Positions 53,156 through 64,000 of a stretch of 64,000 nucleotides of DNA are shown piece by piece (position 1 is the stretch's first letter; the number at the start of each line of letters is the position of its first letter). The DNA lies in NCBI GenBank assembly GCA_951406725.2, contig OX597817.1:89838001-89902000 (forward strand), in the 5' to 3' direction. Below the pieces are notes generated by a model. That model was given only the letters and a program-made list of their open reading frames with translations. It was not told where the DNA came from and did not search any database. The position numbers were made by a program, and so were the translations under genes. This stretch comes from Octopus vulgaris. Lineage: Eukaryota.

Positions 53156-53219
53156 CCATCTGAAGAATGTCTACTACTCAAAGATGTGATGAAAAGAAGA
53201 CATGAAACGATCGTAGTGG
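53156..53219 (+). ncRNA. Type I hammerhead ribozyme with palindromic minimal stem III
   Basis: CCAT-CTGAAGA-ATGTCT-(25 nt)-AGACAT-GAAA-CGATC-GTA-GTGG: stem I ccat/gtgg, stem II atgtct/agacat, GUA cleavage triplet. Confidence 0.85.
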
Positions 53220-53321
53220 ATATTAATAATTGTTAAATTTCTAAATAATATAAATTAATTTATGTATTGGATTAAGTCTTTCTTTGTTTGATTTGCATAA
53301 TAGTGGTTTTGTCTCTAATTT

Positions 53322-54460
53322 AGATACCACAGAAAACAGATTCCATCACATTCCAGGGGAAGAACCTAGTAGTAGCTGATAGTTTCCGCTACCTAGGTGA
53401 CCAAGTTAGTAGTGGAGGTGGATGCTCAGAGAGTGTCACCACTAGAATACGAATATTCCTGGACAAAGTTTAGAAAGCTTCTACCCCTACTGATGACAAT
53501 GGGTCTCTTGCTCAGAGTGAAAGGTAGATTGTACGATGCATGTGTGCGAACTGCCATGCTTAACAGTAGTGAAACATGGGCTGTGACTGCGGAGGACATG
53601 CGTAGGCTTGAAAGAAATGAAGCTAGCATGATCCGCTGGATGTGCAATGTCAGTGTGCACACACGGCAGAGTGTAAGCACCATGAGAGAAATGCTGGACA
53701 TAAGAAGCATTGGATGTGGTGTGCAAGAAAGACGTTTGCGCTGGTATGGTTATGTACCACGGATGGATGAGGAGAGATGTGTGAAGAAGTGCCACTCCCA
53801 AACAGTTGAAGGAATCCAGGGTAGAGGTAGACCCAGGAAGACATGAGATGAGGTGGTCAAGCATGACCTTCGAACGTTGGGCCTCACAGAGGCAATGACG
53901 AAAGACCGAGATCTCTGGAGATATGCTATGACTGTAAAGATCCGACAAATAACGTGAGTTCATGGCTGTTTCCTGCACCAATTTCACATAGCAGTCCCAG
54001 CCCATCCAAAGTACCTTGGATTGCAGAACGGCCTGCTGTGCTTACCTTCGATCGTAGGGTAACCTGCTGTGCTTGAGGAGACCTATTGAGTCATGTACAT
54101 CAACATCAAAATAAAAATCAAATCGAAATTGTAGTTGTGATACCTGTGCCAGTGGCACAGAAAAGGCACCATCCGAATGTGGTTATGCCAGCGTCGCCTT
54201 GACTGGCTTCCGTGCCGGTGGCACGCAAAAAGCACCAACTGATTGTGGTCGCTACCAGCCTCCCCTGGCATCTGTGCCGGTGGCACGTAAAAAACACCCA
54301 CTACACTCACTGTGTGGTTGGCGTTAGGAAGGGCATCCAGCTGTAGAACACCGCCAGATCAGACTGGAGCCTGATGCAGCCTCCTAGCTTCCCAGACTCC
54401 AGTCGAACCGTCCAACCCATGCTAGCATGGAAAACGGACGTTAAATGATGATGATGATGG
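53322..54460 (+). mobile_element. 5'-truncated RTE LINE with 3' UTR array and (GAT)n tail
   Basis: YLGD, WTKFRKLLPLL, KGRLYDACVRTAML..SETW, RRLRWYG, GRPRKT. Confidence 0.92.
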
Positions 54461-54519
54461 TGATGGTGGTGGTGGTGGAGGTGGTGGTGGTGGTGATGAT
54501 GATGATGATGAAGATGATG

Positions 54520-56020
54520 CAAAACTGGAGAAGTTCCAGATATGGAAGTAAGGTCTAGAATTGAAGAACCTTAGAGTTAACCTAGCAAAAACCAAAGTCC
54601 TAGTAGGAAGACAGACAAATCACAAGTCCCTTCAAGTAGACAGTCCTCCTCAATCTGAGAAAAGGAGTAGGTAGTAACTCTGTTAGATGCACCTAGTGTA
54701 AGCTTTGAACACATAAAAGGTGCAGCAATATCAGAGAAAGGTTAACAGAGAAAATAGCTTTTGTATGTGGTAGATGCACAGGTACTATAAACACCAAAAA
54801 TGTACAGAAAATAAACTGCATCAACTTCCATGGGGGTAAGCTAGAGGTAGTAAATAGCTTGTGTTACCTAGGGGATCAAGTTAGTAGTGGAGGTGGGTGC
54901 TCTGAGAGCTTAGCTGTCAGAATACAATTAGGCTGGGCAAAGTTTAGAGAGCTCCTGCCTCTGCTGGCAACAAAGGGCCTCTCTCTCAGAGTGAAAGGTA
55001 GATTGTATGATGCCTGTGTGCGATCAGCTATGTCACATGACAGTGAAACATGGGCTGTGACAGCTGAGGACATGCGTAGGCCTGAAAGAAATGAAGCCAC
55101 TATGCTTTGCTAGATGTGCAATGTGAGTGTGCATGTTTGACAGAGTGTAGGCATCTTGAGAGAAAAGTTGGGCATAAGAGGAGTCAGACGTGGTGTGCAA
55201 GAGAGACGAATTTGCTGGTGATGCATATGAATGAGGACAGCTGTTTAAAGAAGTGCTGATCCCTAACTGTGGATAGAATCTGTGGTAAAGGTAGACCCAG
55301 GAAGACATGGGATGAGGTGGTGAAGCATGATCTCTGAACTTTGGGCCTCACAGAGGCAATGACTAATCACCGAGATCTTTGGCGATATGCTGTGCTTGAG
55401 AAGACCCATCAAGCCAAGTGAAACCACAGTTGTGGTTGATGCTGGTGTCACACAACCAGAACCCATGCCAGTGGCATGTAAAAAGCACCTTTCGAGCATT
55501 GAGCCTCACAGAGGCAAAGTGGTTGGGCTCCTTTCGAACGTTGGGCCTCACAGGGGCAATGACCAAGATCTTTGGCATTATGATTCACTTGAGAAGAAGA
55601 CCCATCAAGCTGAGTAAAATCACAGTCATGGGACAAACCAGTGTCACACAAATGGCACTCATGTCAGTGGTACATATAAGCACCTTTCGATTGTTGGGCC
55701 TCATGGAGGCAAGGACTGGAACCATTTGGCATTATGCTGTGCTTCAAGCATTGGGCCTCATGGAGACAATGACTGAGTCCATTTGGCATTATGCCGTGCT
55801 TGAGAAGAAGACTCAGCAAGCCAAATAAGACCACAATTGTGGCAGATACTGGTGTTATGCAAATGGCACCCATGCCACTGGGACATAAAAGCATTCATTA
55901 CAGTCTCAGATTGGTTGGCATTAGGAAGGGCATCCAGCTGTAGAGACAATGTCAAAACAGACTGGAGTCTGCCAACCCATGCCAGCATGAACAACGGATA
56001 TTAAATGATGACGATGATGA
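54520..56020 (+). mobile_element. Second RTE copy in tandem, including a decayed PHD finger and a tandemly amplified ORF-end/3' UTR unit (55330-55900)
   Basis: LRVNLAKTKVL, RCT.CKL.THKRCS...FVCGRC, CYLGDQVSSGGG; repeated ttgggcctca.agaggcaatgac...tttggcattatgctgtgcttgagaaga. Confidence 0.88.
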
Positions 56021-56057
56021 TATGTATGTATATACATATATGTGTATGTGTGTGTGT

Positions 56058-56101
<44 letters not shown>

Positions 56102-56110
56102 ATATATATA

Positions 56111-57344
56111 TAGGGTGCGATGGGTAAATTGTCACAATTTTATATTTTTAATTTTACACATGCATGTTGTTTGTTTTTGATTTTGTTGACTACACATTAT
56201 AGTAGGGTCAGTTGGGCACTGTCTGTGAGAAAAGCACTGCCATGACACAATTCACTCTGCTAGAAATTTGGAAACATCATGCTGTGCTGCTTGACATTCA
56301 TGCTGTAAGCTCCAATATGAACATTTCAGAGTGTTTGAGTGTCAATCTGAGGACAGTTCAGAGGATTCAGAAACAGCTGGATGAGTCTAATGGTGTTTAC
56401 GAAGGTATGGCAGCTCGGAAAACTCACTCTGACCATTCTGATAAGAAAAGAACTCTTGAATTTGTTGATAAGATCCAAGCCATGATTGACAACAATCCCT
56501 CCAAGTCAATCAGGTCCATCACCAGGGATATGGGAGTGTCTGAGTTTCTTATCATGCAAGTAGTGCATGAAGACATTCGGTATTCCTCATACAAGATAAG
56601 AAAGGACCAATTTTTATCCCAAGCTATCAAGGACAAGTGGAAAGACTGCACTATGAAGCTTTTGAACAAACTCAAGCATCCCCTCCAATTGAACGTGCTT
56701 TGGTTTTTCTCAGATAAGAAATTATTTCTGCCAGGATCAGATTGTGAACACACAGAACAACTGTTGGCTTGCCATGTCCCCAAAACATGTACCGAGAGAG
56801 ATAAAAATCAAACATCTAGTCAATATCATGGTGTCTGGAGTGATTACTAGTCATGGTGATGTTATGCCTCCGTTCATCTTCCCACTCAGCCTCAGACTCA
56901 ATACAGAGGCCTACATCAAGTGTCTGAAGATGGTAGTGTTGTTCTGTGTATCCAGAGGGTGGCTGCTGCAAGAGAACCCGATCATGGCTATCAGACAATT
57001 TCTGCAACCACATCATCCCTATTATCTGGCCAACTATCACCCTAGACTGCAATCCCCTTGATAATTATGTGTGGAGCACAGTTGAGTGAGAGACCAACAA
57101 AATTCCTTATAACACCAAGGATAAACTGAAGGCAAAGGTTATGGCAGCATTCACCAACTTGAACAAGGAAACCGTCCAGAAAATTTGCAGGAGATTCCAA
57201 AGTCGTCTGGTTGAAGCCAATGGCAATTTTACTGAGTAAATTTACTCTATAGTAAATTTATGTAATTTTGGTAAATATGTTTGTTAAATTGAGATGTCAG
57301 TGTTATTTTCATTTCTGCATAATTTAAACAACAATTTACTGCAC

Positions 57345-57348
<4 letters not shown>
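56111..57348 (+). mobile_element. Defective maT (DD37D-like) Tc1/mariner transposon
   Basis: Termini tagggtgc...gtaaattgt / acaatttactgcacccta in TA context; WFFSD.K.F, NTQNN.WLA, MV.GV..S.G.VMPP.IF, DCNPLD.YVW. Confidence 0.85.
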
Positions 57349-57375
<27 letters not shown>

Positions 57376-57699
57376 GCCTGTGTATATATAGAGTATTCAG
57401 GATAAATTTGAAAATTTTTTTAATGAGAAATATTGCGTTTCTATATCGCTCAGAGAGACTTATACAGTAGCAGCACAATAAAGTGATGGTTTGTTGCCAG
57501 CTTAATGTGGCAGTCCCAGAAACAGGAAGAATACTACTGCTATTTAGCCCCAGGAAACATCGTTTCCAGTTGGCTATGTGACACAAGCGTTTATTAATGT
57601 CTCCTTCTTTCTGGGAACTGCTTGGTGTATTAGTGAAGTGTAAATGGCATTGGCAAGCATAAAGATTAAAGTTGTAATTAAGAAAATGTTATGTGATAT

Positions 57700-58800
57700 G
57701 GAGGATTGAAAGTCATCTGAATATTGGGAAAGAGTTATTTGTGTCATGATGATTCATGCTGTGTATCAAAATGTCAACATCATGACTGCTACTCAATGCT
57801 TTGTGAACACTGTAAAGGCTGTAAGATGTGACATGGGCAGCTGCAATGGAGACTATGAAACTGTGGCCATAGGCAAGCCCACAACAGGTGTTCTGACTGC
57901 ATTGACATGCTGTAATTCATCCAACAATTGCAAGGGGATGGAATATCCAAGGGAGGGTATCTAGGACTTGACAATAGAAGTGTGTATTGGAATGGCCACT
58001 AACTTAGTGGCCCTGAATGAGGACCTTTGTTACCATTCATACAGTAGATGCAAGGGACAAATTCTGATAGCCAAGGCCAAGCAAAACCACTTGACAAAGG
58101 CAAAGAAGCTCCTGAACAAATTGAGGTATCCTCTTGAACTGAAGATGATCTGGTTCATCTTAGATGAAAAGAAATTCTGCCAGGGCCTGATGCACAACAC
58201 CCAGAACAACAAGTGATTTGCCTACAATCCATGAGAAGACCCACATACCATGACAACGAAGTTCCACAAACTGTGAGGATCTTTGGGTGTGTTTCCAGTG
58301 AGGGTAACATCATATCATCCAACATTTTTGAACAGGGCCTTAAGCTATGTGAAGTTACTGTAGATTGTGGTCAAACTCTGGCTAGAGAGAGTTGCTGATG
58401 GAAGGCTGTATGTCTGGCAGCAGGTTTCAGCTCCTTGCCATATCTCTAGAAACAATCAGAAGTGTTTGTCAGAGAATTTCTTCAAAGTCATCAGCCCCAA
58501 TTTCTGGCCTTTTTTATACCACTGACTGTAATGCCATGAATTACTATGTGAGAGGCATGGTTTAGAAAGATACCAACCACTTTGCCTGCAACACCAAAGC
58601 TGATTTAGAGGCTAAGATGAATGAGGTGTTAAAAAATCTTCCCAGAGACACAGTGAGGATTGCATGTGCCAGTTTCTGGAGCCATCTTGAGGCTGTGTTG
58701 GAAGCTGAGAGTAGCTACTTTGAGTATACTGTTTCTCCCAGCCATAATCTAATTGAATTTAAAAAAAAAATTTTAAACTACTTTTATTTTTGGATAGGAC
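57700..58800 (+). mobile_element. Older maT-like transposase remnant
   Basis: AKKLLNKL...IWFILDEKKFCQ...NTQNN, VWQQ.SAPCH, DCNAMNYYV, ACASFWSHLEAVLEAESSYFE. Confidence 0.8.
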
Positions 58801-58815
58801 ATTGTTTTCTTTCCT

Positions 58816-58936
<121 letters not shown>

Positions 58937-60721
58937 TTATATGTATACACATACACAGAGAGAGAGAAAGATTCTATAAAATAATGAAAAGAGAGATGAC
59001 TGTCTTCTAATTGTTAATAATAGTCATATTCATCAACATATGAACAGCTATGTATCTCTATATATCTAGCTGGATGTCCTTTCTAATGTCAACCACTTTA
59101 CAATGTGAACTCGTTTTTTTTTTCCCATGTTACCTGCACTTTTGAGGTCGCCATGCAGCTTGCAGAACTACAAACCTTGGGTGGGTGGGGAGGTCTGCAT
59201 CATGCTAGTAGATGATGGGATTGAGCTATGAGAATTAGGGTGTAGGTTCATGTTAGGATCTGCATGGCTATGCACATTTAGGGGGAAGGAGTAAAGGAGA
59301 TAATGAACAATAGGAGCTGCAAGAGATAGATAATGACAATGAGTGGGCTTAGATGTCTCATAGGGCACAAGATGTGTTGAAGAATCAGCTTGCAAGATTG
59401 TATGGGAAGGAGAATGAGAAGATGGAGGGTTGGGATGGGAAGCAGGCTGCCAGAATGGGTAGGATTGAAGGGTAGATGTGAGCAAGGAGCCATGAGTTAG
59501 GCGAGATAGAGGGATGCAGATGAGTAGCAGGGAGCAAACAGTAGAAGTAGTAAAGATGATACAGTTGTTGAGGGGAGGACAAAAGTGAAGGATAATATGG
59601 TTGGTAGTCTGCAGGAACAGGGGGACAGGGTGAACAGACAGGCCTACTGCATAGGAGGTGGGTTTCCCAACACTTGCCACACAGATTCATCCATATAACA
59701 TAGGATAGTACTGGATCCCCCTATACAACCTATCCCATAACTCTTACTACTATGTCCCTCACTTTCTCACTAACACCTGACACTAATCTCTCTTGCACCT
59801 AGTTTTTACTGTAAAGTGGTTGGTGTTAGGTAGGGCATCTTACTGCAGAAACCACGCCAAAGTTGACACTGAAGCCCCAGGTAGTCATCTAACCTGTTGG
59901 ATCTTGTCAAACTGTCCAACCCATGCCAGCATGGAAAGCAGACATGAAATAATGGTGATGATGTATATATTATCATTAATGCAGCTGTTTCTTGTATCTG
60001 AGAATTTCAATTTCCTCCTAATTGAATGATTCCTTCAAGTTAATAGCATTAATGACAGAAAAAGCCAAATCTTGCATGAAATAGCAGAAAACAGCTATAA
60101 GCAAATGAAGTTCTTTAGATAATCATTTATTACTTTGTCATCTTATTTTCTTATTATTCTTCTTTTGACTTCAATAAGGTCAGTTTTAGTAGTGATGGCA
60201 TGAAGCACTACATATATTGAGCTATACATTAGGTTAATTCCAACCATTCTGGAACTTGGCCTTAGGTAGTTTTTGCAATGGTGGATAGGACATCATTGTG
60301 GCCTTTTCCCAGAACATAATTCATACACACACACACATTTCTTATATATATATATATATTCGAATCCCGGACCGGGCTGCGTGTTGTGTTCTTGAGCAAG
60401 ACACTTTATTTCCCGTTGCTCCAGTGAACTCAGCTGTAGAAATGAGTTGCGACATCACTGGTGCCAAGCTGTATCAGCCTTTGCTTTTCCCTTAGATAAC
60501 ATTGGTGGTGTGGAGAGGGGAGGCTGGTATGCATGGGTGACTGCTGGTCTTCCATAAACAACCTTGCCCGGATTGGTACCTCAGAGGGTAACTTTCAAGG
60601 TGCAATCCCATGGTCATTCATGACCGAAAGGGGTCTCCCATATGCCTGAGAGAGACCGCGTGTGTACTGTTGGCGATTTTTTTCCTCTGTCTTCCCTTCT
60701 TTGGATCTTTCCTTTTCCTAT

Positions 60722-60756
60722 GTTTCTGACAAAGAGCTCCCCTCGAAACGTTAAAC
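60722..60756 (+). ncRNA. Minimal type I hammerhead motif with one core mutation, within a ~200-bp Penelope-like tail repeat (60640-60850)
   Basis: GTTT-CTGACAA-AGAGCTCCCCTC-GAAAC-GTT-AAAC; palindromic AACGTT stem III; CUGACGA apparently decayed to CUGACAA. Confidence 0.65.
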
Positions 60757-60850
60757 CCTCCTTTTGTCCTTCTTTCCTGAGCGTCCAATAATACTATATT
60801 TGTTCCACGTCCTCGCGTTGTTGTGTCTTCTCTTTGTGTTTTCATGTTTG

Positions 60851-61168
60851 GGCCGACCAATGCCTTGTGAGTGGATTTGGTAGACGGAAACTGAAAGAAG
60901 CCTGTCGTATATATGTATATATATATATATGTCTGTGTGTGTATGTGTTTGTGTGTCTGTGTTTGTCTCCCTAGCATTGCTTGACAACCGATGCTGGTGT
61001 GTTTACGTGCCCGTCACTTAGCGGTTCGGCAAAAGAGACTGATAGAATAAGTACTGGGCTTACAAAGAATAAGTCCCGGGGTCGATTTGCTCGACTAAAG
61101 GTGGTGCTCCAGCATGGCCGCAGTCAAATGACTGAAATAAGTAAAAGAGTAAAAAAAGAGTAAAAGAG
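60851..61168 (+). mobile_element. SINE family A, 5'-truncated
   Basis: Match to family A. Confidence 0.88.
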
Positions 61169-61208
61169 TATATATATATATATATATAAAGTCAATCCAA
61201 ACATGTCT

Positions 61209-61253
<45 letters not shown>

Positions 61254-61673
61254 CTTTTTGAAACATTAGAATTCTAAGTAAATGAGCAAATGATAACAAC
61301 ATATTAAATTATAACATGTAAATTTTAGGTAAAAAATCCCTTTGGATTCTAAGTCTATCCTACTGTATTGAGATAGATCAGGAATCATGTGGTTTTCCAA
61401 AGTGAAGTACCCAGCCCTAACAGCATGATTATGTATATCTACATATATTTCTCTGTTCACAGAATACCTACTGCCTAACTTCTTGCCTATTTACATACAC
61501 AGATATATATGAACAAGTACACACACACACATACTGGCACATACATATGAAATTAGTACAAGTTATGAAGTTAAGCAAGATAAGAGAGTTTCATGCATAG
61601 CTTCCACAAATCTCTTGACCCCTGAATCTCTTTGCAGCTTCTACTAAATAAATTTTTTTTTAAAATGTATATA

Positions 61674-62228
61674 TAGGTGCTGGAGTGGGTGTGTGGTAAG
61701 TAGCTTGCTTACCAACCACATGGTTCTGGGCTCAGTCCCACAGCGTGGCAACTTGGGCAAGTGTCTTCTACTACAGCCTGGGGCTGACCAAAGCCATGTG
61801 AGTGGATTTGGTAGATGGTAACTGAAAGAAGTCCATCGTATCATCATCATCATCATCATCACCATTGTTTAACGTCCGTTTTCCATGCTAGCATGGGTTG
61901 GACGATTTGACTGAGGACTGGTGAACCAGATGGCTGCACCAGGCTCCAATCTTGATCTGACAGAGTTTCTACAGCTGGATGCCCATCCTAACACCAACCA
62001 CTCTGAGAGAGTGTGTGTGTGTGTGTGTCTGCGTATGTTCCCCCACCATCACTTGACACCTGATGCTGGTGTGTTTACGTTTCCGCAACTTAACAGTTCA
62101 GCTTAAGAGACCGATAGAATAAGTACTAGGCTTACGAAAAATAAGTCCTGGGGTCGATTTGTTCAACTAAAGGTGGTGCTCCAGCATGGCCACAGTCAAA
62201 TGAGTGAAACAAATAAAAGAATAAGAAT
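61674..62228 (+). mobile_element. SINE family A interrupted by an RTE tail (61841-62010, -) at its internal microsatellite
   Basis: SINE head stops at gaagtccatcgta and resumes with (GT)n...ccccaccatcacttgaca. Confidence 0.85.
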
Positions 62229-62290
62229 ACCTTAGTATTGAGTTCTGTATATCCTATACATTCTACCATATTTTATATATTCTTTCTTGT

Positions 62291-63020
62291 ATTCTTTTAC
62301 TTGTATCAGTCGTTTGACTGCAACCATGCTGGAGCACCACCTTATAGAGTTTTAGCTGGAGAAATCGACCTCAGGACTTATTCTTTATAAGCCTAATACT
62401 TACTCTATTGGTTTCTATTGCCGAATCACTAAGTTACTGTAGCATAAATACACCAGTGCTGGTTGTCAAGCGGTGATGGGGTGACAAATACAGACACAAA
62501 AACACACACACATAGATACACACACACACACACATAGATACACACACACACACACACACACGCGCGCGCGCACGCACACACACACACACATACACACACA
62601 CACACATCGCTGCTATTATGCAAATATGTCGTTAAGTCCAATACGTTGCTTTTTCAGAAAGCAAAAAAATAGTTTCACCATTACATAACAAAACCGTTGT
62701 ACAACACTTTGACAATGTGTGATAACTTGGCATCTGAAGCAGTGGGAGATACGATAGCTTGACCTAAAGAACCAGCTATTGCAAACAAAAATAGATATTG
62801 AAAAAAAAATGCGTTTGGTCGAAATTTGGACATATGACAGTTAAATATAATGGCAACGATATATATACAAAGTGCTTCTTCCAGTTTCCGTCTACCAAAT
62901 CCACTCACAAGGCTTTGGTCAGCCTGAGGCTATAGTAGAAGACACCTGCCGAAGGTGCTACGCAGTGGGACTGAACCCAGAACAATGTGGTTGAGAAGCA
63001 AACTTCTAACCACGACGCTG
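62291..63020 (-). mobile_element. SINE family A interrupted by a MITE at its internal microsatellite
   Basis: 3' half at 62291-62600, 5' half at 62873-63020. Confidence 0.82.
62606..62860. mobile_element. Small TIR element (probable Tc1/mariner-type MITE)
   Basis: Imperfect TIRs atcgctgctattat...tgtcgttaagtccaa / ttggacatatgaca...ataatggcaacgat. Confidence 0.6.
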
Positions 63021-63030
63021 CCATGTCTAT

Positions 63031-63400
63031 ATCCTTTATGTTTTACTTGTTTTGGGCTTCTGGGCCATTGCCTTGAAGAATTTTAGCCAAATGAATTGAT
63101 TCCAGTATCTACTATTTTTTAAACCTGGTACTTATTCAATTGATCTCTTTTACCAAACTACTAAGTTATGTGGAGGTAAACACAGCAACTATGGTTATCA
63201 AGTAGTGGTGTGGTGGTGGTGGGGAGCTTAAACAAACAAACACACACACACACATGCAGTAGGCTTCTTTTAGTTTCTGTCTACCAAATCCACTCACATA
63301 GCTTTGGTCAACTGAAGGCTACAGTAAAATACATTTACATAAGGTGCCACACAGTGAGACTGAACTAGGAAACTTACCACATAGCCATGTCTACACCTAT
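63031..63400 (-). mobile_element. SINE family A, decayed
   Basis: Degenerate match to family A. Confidence 0.75.
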
Positions 63401-63479
63401 GTATGTATGTATGTAGATTCCTTCCAGTCTCTTCAGTCTCGTGTCTGGTCCCAGCATGGCATCACAAAACAAACAAAAA

Positions 63480-64000
63480 TTGCAGTGTACTGAGCATGTG
63501 TACTGACATCTCTCTTTTACTCATGTGAGACATGGACCCTTTACATCCGTCATATAAGGGTCCTTGAATGCTTTCATCAGAGATGTCTCAGACACATTCT
63601 GAATGTTGGCTGGACCTTAAAATCTCCAGACACAAAGGTCCTGAGGACAGCTGAAATCTTGAATATTAGGGCGATGGTGCACAAGCACTGGTTACATTGG
63701 ACTGGACACCTTATTAGATTGAAGGATAGCAGGATCCCTAAGCAGATGCTATACAGGGAACTTGTGAATGGAAGATACCCTGGCAGAAACCAAGGCTGTG
63801 ATTTAAGGACTGTGTCAAGTCCTCATTAAAGGCCTGTGATATGCAGGAGATTGACTGGGAGAACAATCCCTGTCATCTCCACAGATGGAGGATGCAGGTT
63901 AAGGAGGCAGGAGTTGACACTTTTGAAAGAGCACATATTCTGCATGAAAATCTTAAGCGTCCTGCTCGAAAGTGCACTGCTGGTGTAGTGAATACAGAAA
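63480..64000 (+). mobile_element. BovB-like RTE LINE ORF2 C-terminal fragment (family distinct from the PHD-RTE)
   Basis: LECFHQRCLRHIL, LHWTGHLIRLKDSRIPKQMLYRELVNG, FKDCVK. Confidence 0.8.

Overview
AT-rich, microsatellite-saturated animal DNA with no recognisable host protein-coding gene, consistent with intron or intergenic sequence. The repeat repertoire points to a coleoid cephalopod, most likely Octopus (inference, not verified). That repertoire comprises CORE-like tRNA-derived SINEs with an internal (TA/TG)n tract, RTE LINEs with (GAT)n tails, R4/Dong-type RLE LINEs, a Naiad-type Penelope-like element, mariner and maT transposons, and hAT and piggyBac-like MITEs. Almost all ORFs in the track are microsatellite artefacts or decayed transposon fragments. 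The most interesting signals are: (1) a dispersed set of type I hammerhead ribozymes (two nearly intact, several decayed) tied to a Penelope-like element, to fold-back inverted repeats and to a direct-repeat-flanked retrozyme-like unit; (2) an RTE LINE family carrying a C4HC3 PHD finger just after the RT core, with a variable array of ~64-bp hairpin units in its 3' UTR; (3) RLE LINE copies stacked head-to-tail at TACA/TATG microsatellites; (4) a CpG-retaining, promoter-like island near 27-30 kb. Coordinates were read by eye, so repeat boundaries are approximate.
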